Origin: Macrostomum lignano
Taxonomy: Eukaryota
Direction of reading: 5' to 3'
NCBI GenBank assembly: GCA_002269645.1
Contig: NIVC01000110.1
Span: 558,001 to 622,000, forward strand
DNA: 64,000 nt
Shown here: piece by piece, positions 27,337 to 38,771 of the stretch
Position numbering within the stretch: the first letter of the stretch is position 1
How the letters are laid out: each line of letters begins with the position of its first letter
Position numbers and translations under genes: made by a program
The notes under the pieces: model-generated
The model's database searches: none
What the model saw: the letters and a program-made list of their open reading frames with translations, nothing else
What the model was told of the DNA's origin: nothing

Positions 27337-29950
27337 TTGTCCAACTGGACCAGTCCCTTGTGGTGGCGTCATCGGCAGCTGATGATGGACTGCAGCAGCA
27401 GCAGCGCCCACTTCAGCAGATCTGTGTGCAGACGACAGCTATGGACTCAATGCTTCATTTGACTCCAACCAACTTTCAACCCAGTCAGCAGTTGATCGCA
27501 ACCACATCGGTGGCAGCTTCGGATTCGCCCATGATGATGACGTCTACGTCTACTGATGCTCAAGGACGCGACTATGCACCGCTGGATCTGTGAGCAATCG
27601 ATATTTTTTGTGATTGATTGTAGAAATAGCTAAACAAGTAAAAATTTAACGGCCTCAAAGACTACCAAGAGTAGTTCACCGATTTCAAGTCTCTTAGTCT
27701 TATGCTAGGGCGCCAACAACAACAAGCATGTGTCTTTATAGGGCGCCAACATTCCAACAACAACAAGCATGTGTCTTTATAGGGCGCCAACATTCCAACA
27801 ACAACAAGCATGTGTCTTAGGGCGCCAACAACAAGCGTCTGGGCGCCAACAACAACAAGCATGTGTCTTTATACGGCGCCAACATTCCAACAACAACAAG
27901 CATGTGTCTTAGGGCGCCAACAACAAGCGTCTGGGCGCCTACAACAACAAGCACGTGTTTTAGGGCGCCAACAACAACTAGCCTGTGTTTTAGGGCGCCA
28001 ACGCCAACAACAACTAGCCTGTGTTTTAGGGCGCCAACGCCAACAACAACTAGCCTGTGTTTTAGCGCGCCAACGCCAGCAACAACTAGCCTGTGTTTTA
28101 GGGCGCCAACGCCAACAACAACTAGCCTGTGTTTTAGGGCGCCAACGCCAACAACAACTAGCCTGTGTTTTAGGGCGCCAACGCCAACAACAACTAGCCT
28201 GTGTTTTAGGGCGCCAACAACAACAAGCTTGTGTCTTAGGGCGCCAACAACAATCTTGTGTCTTAGGGCGCCGAAAAGCCTGTGTTAAAGTTTAAGTGTC
28301 TTGGGCGCCAAATTGAATCATAAGCGTTTATAAGCATCGATCAAATTTCTGTCAATCCTCCCCACGCCCCATCCAGTCGACTTCGAAAGAAATCCGAGAC
28401 CGAGGCGCACCAATCGGCAGAGAACCGGGATCCCGCGCTGAAGACCCGCCGCCATCCGTGTCAGCAGTGCGGCAGGCACTTCTCCACCGTCAGCAATCTC
28501 AGACGGCACAGTCAGACGCACAGGAAATTCGACAGCGATCTGGCTAAAAGCTGCCAGCACTGCGGCAAGCTGTACGTGTCCATGCCGGCCCTATCGATGC
28601 ACCTGCTCACGCACAGCCTGCAGCATCAGTGCCGCATCTGCGACAAGAGATTTAGTCGGCCCTGGCTGCTCAATGGGCACATGAGGAGCCACACAGGTGA
28701 CTGTGCTAGCAGCCAGATTGCGGATAGGATATTGTGCATTGGTTGCAATCTGCTTCACAATTTGCCTCCCACTCTCCCTCTCACTCTCCCTCTCACTCTC
28801 CCTGACCCAATCTCCCTCTCACTCTCCCTCACACTCTCCCTGACCCAATCTCCCTCTCACTCTCCCTCACACTCTCCCTGACCCGATCTCCCTCTCACTC
28901 TCCCTGACCCAATCTCCCTCTCACTCTCCCTGACCCAATCTCCCTCTCACTCTCCCTCTCACTCTCCCTGACCCAATCACCCTCTCACTCTCCCTCTCAC
29001 TCTCCCTGACCCAATCTCCCTCTCACTCTCCCTCCCACTCTCCCTGTCACTCTCCCTCTCACTCTCACTGACCCTGTCTCCCTCTCACTCTCCCTGACCC
29101 TGTCTCCATCTTACTCTCACTGTCTCCCTCTCACTATCACTTCCCCTGTATTCCTCTCACTTTCACTGTCGGCATCTCACTCTCACTATATTTCTTTCAC
29201 TCTCCCTGTCTCCTTCTCACTCCCTTTCACTCTCCCTGTCTCCTTCTCACTCCCTTTCACTCTCCCTGTCTCCTTCTCACTCCCTTTCACTCTCTCTGTC
29301 TCCTTCTCACTCCCTTTCACCCTCCCTGTCTCCTTCTCACTCCCTTTCACTCTCCCTGTCTCCTTCTCACTCCCTTTCACTCTCCCTGTCTCCTTCTCAC
29401 TCCCTTTCACTCTCTCTGTCTCCTTCTCACTCCCTTTCACCCTCCCTGTCTCCTTCTCACTCCCTTTCACTCTCCCTGTCTCCTTCTCACTCCCTTTCAC
29501 TCTCCCTGTCTCCTTCTCACTCCCTTTCACTCTCCCTGTCTCCTTCTCACTCCCTTTCACTCTCCCTGTCTCCTTCTCACTCCCTTTCACTCTCCCTGTC
29601 TCCTTCTCACTCCCTTTCACTCTCCCTGTCTCCTTCTCACTCCCTTTCACTCTCCCTGTCTCCTTCTCACTCCCTTTCACTCTCCCTGTCTCCTTCTCAC
29701 TCCCTTTCACTCTCCCTGTCTCCTTCTCAGTTCTCACTCTCCTCCCTGTCCCCTCTCCCTCTCTCGTTCTCCTTATCTCCTCAGGCTCACTCCCTCTCAC
29801 ACCGCTAATCTAACATCAATCTACAGTTACCGCATCTCTATTACAATTCCCGCAGGCGAAAAACCATTCGAGTGCAGACAGTGCGGCAGGTGCTTCACTG
29901 ACAGATCCAACCTGAGGTCTCACCAACGAATTCACAATAGAACTCGCTAA
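27337..29950 (+). CDS. scrt: Scratch-family (Snail superfamily) C2H2 zinc-finger transcription factor; exons ?27337(or ATG 27441)-27589, 28377-28696, 29856-29950; 5' end uncertain
   Basis: Fingers HPCQQCGRHFSTVSNLRRHSQTH, CQHCGKLYVSMPALSMHLLTH (Scratch-diagnostic YVSMPAL), CRICDKRFSRPWLLNGHMRSHTG|EKPF and CRQCGRCFTDRSNLRSHQRIH. Introns are GT-AG, phases 2 and 1. A PLDLR motif spans the first junction. Confidence 0.9.
27705..28300. repeat. ~24-33-bp minisatellite AGGGCGCCAAC(GCC)AACAACAA(G/CT)AGCCTGTGTTTT filling a scratch intron
   Basis: Tandem imperfect units. Confidence 0.92.
28765..29790. repeat. Pyrimidine-rich repeats, including a 30-bp unit TCCCTTTCACTCTCCCTGTCTCCTTCTCAC x~18, in the last scratch intron
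   Basis: Tandem units 29190-29730, with a degenerate CT repeat before them. Confidence 0.93.
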
Positions 29951-30274
29951 TCCTCAGTTTAATTCCCCAATTCTGGCAACTCCTCTAGAAACCATCTAGT
30001 GCAATTTCCCCAAAAAAACTTATCATTTTCTTCTGTGTTTTGTTATAGCCAGTGTGTTTCATTTTTATAAACATTTTATCTTCATCCTTCATATCCGTGT
30101 TAAATGGAAAGAAAAAAGAAAAAAATATACTTCCGAACATTTTCTGGCTTCTCTCTTGGCGTTTAAATTATCTTTTCACTCGATTGTACGCGTAACGGCG
30201 TAAGTGTGCTAAGGCAGGACGCCAGGACATCGCATTAAAAAGTACAGATCTGTGGTGTCTCTCGCACTAAGCTC

Positions 30275-32570
30275 ACTGTACTTCCTACCCTCTTCTGTCC
30301 TTCCTATCCTGTCCTACCCTCTCCTGTCCTTTCCTCTCCTGTCCTTCCTCTCCTGTCCTTCCCTCTCCTGTCCTTCCTATCCTGTCCTACCCTCTCCTGT
30401 CCTTCCTATCCTGTCCTACCCTCTCCTGTCCTTTCCTCTCCTGTCCTTCCTCTCCTGTCCTTCCCTCTCCTGTCCTTCCCTATCCTGTCTTTTCCTCTCC
30501 TGTCCTTCCCTATCCTGTCCATCCCTATCCTGTCCTACCCTCTCCTGTCCTTCCCTCTCCTGTCCTTCCCTCTCCTGTCCTTCCCTCTCCTGTCCTTCCC
30601 TATCCTGTCTTTTCCTCTCCTGTCCTTCCCTATCCTGTCCTTCCCTCTCCTGTCCTTCCCTATCCTGTCTTTTCCTCTCCTGTCCTACCCTCTCCTGTCC
30701 TTCCCTCTCCTGTCCTTTCCTCTCCTGTCCTTTCCTATCCCGTCCTTTCCTCTCCTGTCCTACCCTCTCCTGTCCTTTCCTCTCCTGTCCTTCCTCTCCT
30801 GTCCTTCCCTCTCCTGTCCTTTCCTCTCCTGTCCTACCCTCTCCTGTCCTTCCCTATCCTGTCCTTCCCTCTCCTGTCCTTCCCTCTCCTGTCCTTCCCT
30901 ATCCTGTCTTTACCTCTCCTGTCCATCCCTATCTTGTCTTTTCCTCTCCTGTCCTTCCCTATCCTGTCCTTTCCTATCCTGTCCTTTCCTCTCCTGTCCT
31001 TCCTCTCCTGTCCTTCCCTCTCCTGTCCTTCCCTATCCTGTCCTTCCCTATCCTGTCCTTTCCTATTCTGTCTTTTCCTCTCCTCTCCTTCCCTATCCTG
31101 TCTTTTCCTCTCCTGTCCTTTCCTCTCCTGTCCTTTCCTCTCCTGTCCTACCCTCTCCTGGCCTTCCCTCTCCTGTCCTTCCCTATCCTGTCTTTTCCTC
31201 TCCTGTCCTTCCCTATCCTGTCTTTTCCTCTCCTGTCCTTTCCTATCCTGTCTTTTCCTCTCCTGTCCTTCCCTATCCTGTCCTTTCCTCTCCTGTCCTT
31301 CCCTCTCCTGTCCTTCCTTATCCTGTCTTTTCCTCTCCTGTCCTTCCCTCTCCTGTCCTTTCCTCTCCTGTCCTTTCCTCTCCTGTCCTACCCTCTCCTG
31401 TCCTACCCTCTCCTGTCCTTTCCTCTCCTGTCCTTCCCTCTCCTGTCCTTTCCTCTCCTGTCCTACCCTCTCCTGTCCTTCCCTATCCTGTCCTTTCCTC
31501 TCCTGTCCTTCCTCTCCTGTCCTTTCCTATCCCGTCCTTTCCTCTCCTGTCCTTCCTCTCCTGTCCTTCCCTCTCCTGTCCTTCCCTATCCTGTCTTTTC
31601 CTGTCCTGTCCTTCCCTGTCCTGTCTTTTCCTCTCCTGTCCTTCCCTATCCTGTCTTTTCCTCTCCTGTCCTTTCCTATCCTGCCGTACCCTCTCCTGTC
31701 CTTCCCTATCCTGTCTTTTCCTCTCCTGTCCTTCCCTATCCTGTCCTTCCCTCTCCTGTCCTTCCTCTCCTGTCCTTTCCTATCCCGTCCTTTCCTCTCC
31801 TGTCCTTCCTCTCCTGTCCTTCCCTCTCCTGTCCTTCCCTATCCTGTCTTTTCCTGTCCTGTCCTTCCCTATCCTGTCTTTTCCTCTCCTGTCCTTCCCT
31901 ATCCTGTCTTTTCCTCTCCTGTCCTTTCCTATCCTGCCGTACCCTCTCCTGTCCTTCCCTATCCTGTCCTTTCCTCTCCTGTCCTTCCTCTCCTGTCCTT
32001 TCCTATCCCGTCCTTTCCTCTCCTGTCCTTCCTCTCCTGTCCTTCCCTATCCTGTCTTTTCCTCTCCTGTCCTTCCCTATCCTGTCTTTTCCTCTCCTGT
32101 CCTTCCCTATCCTGTCTTTTCCTCTCCTGTCCTTTCCTATCCTGCCGTACCCTCTCCTGTCCTTCCCTATCCTGTCTTTTCCTCTCCTGTCCTTCCCTAT
32201 CCTGTCCTTCCCCCTGTCCTTCCCTCTCCTGTCCTTCCCTCTCCTGTCCTTTCCTCTCCTGTCCTACCCTCTCCTGTCCTTCCCTATCCTGTCCTTCCCT
32301 CTCCTGTCCTTCCCTCTCCTGTCCTTCCCTATCCTGTCCTTCCCTCTCCTGTCCTTCCCTATCCTGTCCTTCCCTCTCCTGTCCTACCCTCTCCTGTCCT
32401 TCCCTATCCTGTCCTTCCCTCTCCTGTCCTTCCCTCTCCTGTCCTTCCCTATCCTGTCTTTACCTCTCCTGTCCATCCCTATCTTGTCTTTTCCTCTACT
32501 GTCCTTTCCTATCCTGCCCTACCCTCTCCTGTCCTTTCCTATCCTGCCGTACCCTCTCCTGTCCTTTCAT
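30275..32570. repeat. 2.3-kb polypyrimidine minisatellite, ~15-bp unit CCT(C/A)TCCTGTC(C/T)TT(C/T)
   Basis: Tandem units; source of the spurious 800-aa and 560-aa ORFs. Confidence 0.95.
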
Positions 32571-33089
32571 TTCGCGTTCTTCCCCAGCACAAAGTTGTAC
32601 ATGTACAAAAATATAAACGTCATCAAATGTCCTCCTACCCAGACTTTTGGTTGACTGGGTGGCTAACAATTTCAACTAGCAAATTCCCAATTCTAAAAAA
32701 CACCGCGTGGCCCACTGGTCTGATTTTATGCTTTCTGGGGCCGAACCAAACAATGGTAGATTAGAATACGCAGGTGAATATGATCCTTCATCGAACAGGC
32801 CTTAACAGGCCTTTTTTAACTGCCGCGATAAAAAGTATGTAGTGGGGTGGCGGGGGATCTGAAAGCAACAATGCCCGTATAAAATTTTGACTGCATCGGT
32901 TCGTGCTGTCTGCTTGCAGTCTGCCTCATCGGTTTTTTAGGCCACACGCCAAGACGCGTGAGCCATCTAGTCTCAGTTTCAGAGAGGGCCGCGGTTCCTC
33001 AAAGTCAAGGACCACTGCGAATCTGGTGCGCAATACGCCAACTGGACTGGATGGCCAAAACGAGCGAAGCATTTAGGGAGGGTAGATAG

Positions 33090-33390
33090 ATAAATCGACA
33101 AACAGATCACAGACAGACAGACAGACAGACAGACACACAGACAGACAGACTAGGCAGACAGACAGACAAGGCAGACAGACGGACAGTGGGACAGACAGGC
33201 TGGCAGAAAGACAGACAGACAGACAGACAAAGGCAGACAGACAAGGCAGACAGACGGACAGACAGGCTGGCAGACAGACAGACAGACAGACAAGGCAGAC
33301 AGACGGACAGACAGGCTGGCAGAAAGACAGACAGACAGACAGACAAGGCAGGTAGGCAGACACAGGCTGGCAGACAGACGGACAGCAGGG
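33090..33390. repeat. Degenerate (GACA)n / GGCA repeat
   Basis: Directly visible. Confidence 0.88.
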
Positions 33391-33974
33391 ACAGATGCAT
33401 TAGTTAGTTACAATCAGCCCAGTCCAGTTGCCAGTATGAGGGGTCCCTGACCAGCCAGAGCTTGCCCCCTCCGCCACGAGCTGCGTCCTGACTCGACACT
33501 GCCAGTTTTATAACCGCTCGTTGCTGCCCCCACAGACATACGGAAAATAAGCTTTGTTGTTTGTTTAATTGTGCCGCTCGCATGCAGTTCTTATCAGTGA
33601 CAATCCGCATGTCCCTCCACTGCGTTTTTTGGGATCCGAGCTCTTGGGAAGATTCTCACGGTCCCATTCCCACGAGTTTATAATTGGCACTAATTCAGAA
33701 TTTCAGTTATCAGTTGAGGCGAAGTTTAAGAACTCGAAGAGACACGAGCGCAAAAGTCCCGCCTGCATTCAGAGTTCATAAAGGCGGAAGCCTCTGTTGA
33801 AAAATAAGCAGGTGGGTAGCAGACTTCTAGGTTTCTCTTGGTTATAACCCCCGGACAGGTGCTGCGAGGAATCTTTTTTGCCAAGGGGGGGGGGCAAGTA
33901 AGAGTTTCCTGCAACCTAGCTGCAAGTCACTGATAACTTGTTTAGCACTACAGAAGGAATTTTTGCATAAAGGG

Positions 33975-34875
33975 GACTTTAAAGCGCCACAATAGGGATT
34001 TTAGCGCCATGGTGAGGGATTTAGCGCCAATTAATCGCCGCAATAAAGATTTTAGCGCCAATTAAGCGCCATGGTGAGGGATTTAGCGCCAATTAATCAC
34101 CGCATTAAAGATTTTAGCGCCAATTAAGCGCCATGGTGAGGGATTTAGCGCCAATTAATCGCCGCAATAAAGATTTTAGCGCCAATTAAGCGCCATGGTG
34201 AGGGATTTAGCGCCAATTAATCGCCGCATTAAAGATTTTAGCGCCAATTAAGCACCAGAATAGAAATTTTAGCGCTAATTAAGCTCCAGAATAGAGATTT
34301 TAGCGCCAATTAAGCGCCAGAATACAGATTTTAGCGCCAATTAAGCTCCAGAATAGAGATTTTAGCGCCAATTAAGCGCCAGAATACAGATTTTAGCGCC
34401 AAATAAGCTCCACAATAAAGATGTTAGCGCCAATTAAAAGCGCCAGAATAGAGATTTTAGCGCCAGTTAAGTGCCACAATACGTATTTTAGCACCAATTA
34501 AGCGCCAGAATAGATTTTAGAGCCAAATAATCGCCAAAATACAGATTTTAGCGCCAATTAAGCGCCAGAATACAGATTTTAGCGCCAAAAAAGCTCCACA
34601 ATAAAGATGTTAGCGCCAATTAAAAGCGCCAGAATAGAGATTTTAGCGCCAATTACGAGCGTAAGTGCCACAATACGTATTTTAGCGCCAATTAAGCGCC
34701 AGAATAGATTTTAGAGCCAAATAATCGCCAAAATAAAGATTTTAGCGCTAATTAAGCGCCAGAATAGAGATTTTAGCGCCAATTAAGCGCCAGAATAGAG
34801 ATTTTAGCGCCAATTAAGCGCCAGAATAGAGATTTTAGCGCCAATATACGGATTTTAGCGCCAATTAAGCGCCAC
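33975..34875. repeat. ~29-bp minisatellite GATTTTAGCGCCAATTAAGCGCCAGAATA with variants
   Basis: Tandem imperfect units, with a dimeric pattern at the 5' end. Confidence 0.92.
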
Positions 34876-35359
34876 AAGAAAGATTTTACCGCTAATGACA
34901 GAAATTTGACATGACAGTAGCTGTAGCACTAATAAACCAGTTGGATTGTCACAAACCAGTTATAGGTAAAAATTTTCAGCAATAATTTTAGTTGTTACTC
35001 CATGCTAATATAAATGTTTTTAAACTCCAGTAACAATAGTGATAGTACAATAGTATATACGAGTACGAGCGCTATAGTGATGCTAAATTGGAAATGCATA
35101 ACATACAGTGAACTAAGTGTCAATGCGTTAATTGAAACTAGGCAAGGATATAAACTATAAGACCTTCTATGGCTTCATTGATAATACATGTACACGTGAA
35201 GGTCGAATTCGATGTCTTAGTATTTTCGAAGTTACATGTACCTATACTAGCCAAATAAAATTATTTATAGGTAGTACACAGTACTATGAAGTGTATCAAT
35301 TAAACTTTAAATGTCTGTTTCCGGCACAAAGTACACGTAGTCTTTCAGTGACATTCATA

Positions 35360-35560
35360 GTCACTCTCGCCTTAGCAACCGAAAGTTACTCTCTCCTTAG
35401 CAACCGAAAGTTACTCTCTCCTTAGCAACCGAAAGTTACCCTCTCGTTAGCAACCATAAAGTTACTCTCTCCTTAGCAACCATAAAGTCACTCTCTCCTT
35501 AGCAACCATTAAGTCACTCTCTCCTTAGCAACCATTAAGTCACTCTCTCCTTAGCAACTT
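35360..35560. repeat. ~25-bp repeat CTCTCCTTAGCAACC(G/AT)AAAGT(T/C)ACT, ~8 copies
   Basis: Same CCTTAGCAACC core as 37815-38560. Confidence 0.88.
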
Positions 35561-36479
35561 ATCTCGTCGATATACTAAAATCATAAATCTGCACGTTAAA
35601 AACTTAAAAGCCAAGGCTGTAAATAAAAAATAAGTTAAGGTATAAGAAGCACACATCGAATTGAGATGCTACATAATTTATACTTAAACTCAAATCACAG
35701 CTTTCATAGGCATGAGCTGTGCAATATAAGGTGAGAGTTAGACAGCAGAGAGATAGGAAGGAGATAACAAAATAGTTGCTAGGGGGGGCATTGCTATTAT
35801 AAGAAATCTCTATTGAAATATAAAATACTGTCACATATACTTATATATTTTTGTTTTCAGATTTTTAACAATTAAATTGATTCATAAAATATTAGCCTTT
35901 ATAGAATTTACTCTCACAAACTCGTCACAATACCAAGGTGAGTTGTGCTAAAAAAACCAAAAGTTAACAGGCTAATTGGGTTAGTTTTTAGAGTTAACAA
36001 ATAGTAAAAATCAGACAACTGACTACTGGCAGTAGCGAGTATGGGGCATAATAAGTAGCGTGATGGCATTATTATATAAACTGTTATAATAATAGAATAT
36101 CAAATAATAATATGACAGATGCTGCACATGCGGTGGGGCTAAGAGATAATAGCAATGGATGAAGCATAATTAAATAGCTCTATTAGGCGCTGCATACAAT
36201 GTGAACTGCGCACAGTCACTCGTATTATAAATCTAACTATTTTTTTTTAATTTCTAAATTCAACAACTAGGTAAGTTTTAGCAGTGCTATTGTTAGTTAG
36301 AAATTTGCTACAAAAGCGAGCGGGCGTGAAAGGTGGCCAAAGTGCCAATGAATTTTGTGCACTGGTGATATTTATGAAAATAAATAAAGCTCTGGCGACT
36401 CTTCATTAGCATTTTTATTCTTCATTCTCAGAGCAAACCTCTTGTCCGGGGCACTGCTGTAGTGGCTTGCCTGTTTTTA

Positions 36480-36990
36480 GATAGACTGACAGCCTGTGTC
36501 TGTATTAGTGTTTGTCTGTCCTAGTGTCTTAGTGTCGTCTGTCTGTGTGTCTTGTGTCTTAGTGTCTGTAAGTTTGTGTGTCTTAGTGTCTGTCTTTCTG
36601 TCTGTGTGTCTGTCTGTCTGTCTGTCTGCCTGTATGTGCCTGTGTGCCTGTCTGTCTGTCTTTCTGTCTGTGTGCCTGTCTGTCTGTCTGTCTGTCTTTC
36701 TGTCTGTGTGCCTGTCTGTCTGTCTTTCTGTCTGTGTGTCTGTCTGTCTGCCTGTATGTGCCTGTGTGCCTGTCTGTCTTTCTGTCTGTGTGTCTGTCTG
36801 TCTGTCTGTCTGTCTATATGTGCCTGTGTGTCTGTCTGACTGTCTGTCTATATTTGCCTGTGTGTCTGTCTGTCTGTATGTGCCTGTGTGTCTGTCTGTC
36901 TTTCTGTCTGTGTGTGCCTGTGTGTCTGTCTGTGTATGTCTGGCTGTCTGTCTGGCTGTCTGTCTGTCTGTCCCTGTCTGTCTGTCTGTC
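36480..36990. repeat. Degenerate (GTCT/GT)n microsatellite
   Basis: Directly visible. Confidence 0.9.
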
Positions 36991-37814
36991 TGGCCTCTGA
37001 GAACAGAAACTGCAGGATAATGTAGAAGAGAGCAAAATTACACAGAAAACAAAGCTAATTTAGCCGATATAGCAAAACAATGAAATGAAAGACCACTGAA
37101 AAATCGCGATAGGTAATAAATCAATATTAATTAATAAACTACTTTTTTTTAAATTCAGCAACAAAAGCTATGTGCCAAGGCCACTCACAATACCCAAGAC
37201 AACAACTTATGGTAGACAGACAGCGCAACCAACACAAACAGAAATACAAAAACCTAACTTAAAAAAACTTCAGTTATAGCACAGCATGCTACTACTCTCT
37301 AGGGTGCAATGATGAGTAGTATAGTTAGAGCAGTAAGGAAAAGCTGAACAAAGATGACAGAGAAAGTCTAGCAGACAGCAACAGTCCGTTATATGTTGCG
37401 CAGGCATACATAGATGAATTGATTGACTCTAAGAAAGCATGCGGGGAACCAGAGACAAAGAAAAATAGCTATAGACATATTTATAAATATGATAAATAAT
37501 ATTTGTATTAAAAAAATAGGTCTCGAAGAACTTTCAGTGCCAGACACCTGTAAATTTGAACAAAAATAAATAAACACATAAATAAGTAGTGTGTGTAGCG
37601 GGCAGCATTATATTATTTAGGCGCACTCTTTAAGGACACTAAGTTAAAAATTCACTAACTGAAAATAAACTGACAATATGTTTACGCTTCCAGGTTTGTC
37701 TCTATAGGCCATTGATATAAATAGGATGCACGAATACTTATTTAGGAAAACATGTCGCTTCAAGATGGAAATTTATCACCTTAGCAATCTAACAATTGCG
37801 TTACTGACTGTACA

Positions 37815-38560
37815 TCTCTTTAGCCATTCTCCTTAGCAACCACTAAGCCACTCGCCTTAGCAACCATAAAGCCACTCGCCTTAGCAACCATAAAGCCACT
37901 CGCCTTAGCAACCATAAAGCCACTCTCCTTAGCAACCATAAAGCCACTCGCCTTAGCAACCATAAAGCCACTCGCCTTAGCAACCATAAAGCCACTCTCC
38001 TTAGCAACCATAAAGCCACTCGCCTTAGCAACCATAAAGCCACTCGCCTTAGCAACCATAAAGCCACTCGCCTTAGCAACCATAAAGCCACTCTCCTTAG
38101 CAACCATAAAGCCACTCGCCTTAGCAACCATAAAGCCACTCTCCTTAGCAACCATAAAGCCACTCGCCTTAGCAACCATAAAGCCACTCGCCTTAGCAAC
38201 CATAAAGCCACTTTCCTTAGCAACCATAAAGCCACTCTCCTTAGCAACCATAAAGCCACTCGCCTTAGCAACCATAAAGCCACTCTCCTTAGCAACCATA
38301 AAGCCACTCGCCTTAGCAACCATAAAGCCACTCGCCTTAGCAACCATAAAGCCACTCGCCTTAGCAACCATAAAGCCACTCTCCTTAGCAACCATAAAGC
38401 CACTCGCCTTAGCAACCATAAAGCCACTCGCCTTAGCAACCATAAAGCCACTTTCCTTAGCAACCACTAAGCCACGCCTTAGCAACCATAAAGCTATTCA
38501 CCGTAGCAACCATAAAGCCAGTCTTCTTAGCAACCATAAAGCCACTCTCCTTAGCAACTG
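37815..38560. repeat. 24-bp minisatellite CCTTAGCAACCATAAAGCCACTC(G/T), ~30 copies, downstream of Nova
   Basis: Tandem near-perfect units. Confidence 0.96.
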
Positions 38561-38771
38561 CAGTAAAGCACATTAGAAACATCATAGCAACAGCGTCATA
38601 AATAGCCTTTAAGTAAACTTTAGAAAACCGAACACCTTAGCAACCACCAAGTTGGCTAAACAACAAGCCTCGAACGATATTAAAAATAATAAATTAACAT
38701 CGACAAAAATGAGCTAAAGAAGAAAAGCGGACAGAGTAAAAAAAATCTCGACAATTTCAGTCTCTGCAGCC

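Noticed and set aside
27247-27462. ORF MQYSGQQ.. as scratch exon 1
   Set aside because: It is in a different frame from the PLDLR/zinc-finger frame and stops at 27462. It would need a frameshift.
30252-32654. 800-aa and 560-aa ORFs
   Set aside because: The polypyrimidine repeat cannot form stop codons; low-complexity artefact.
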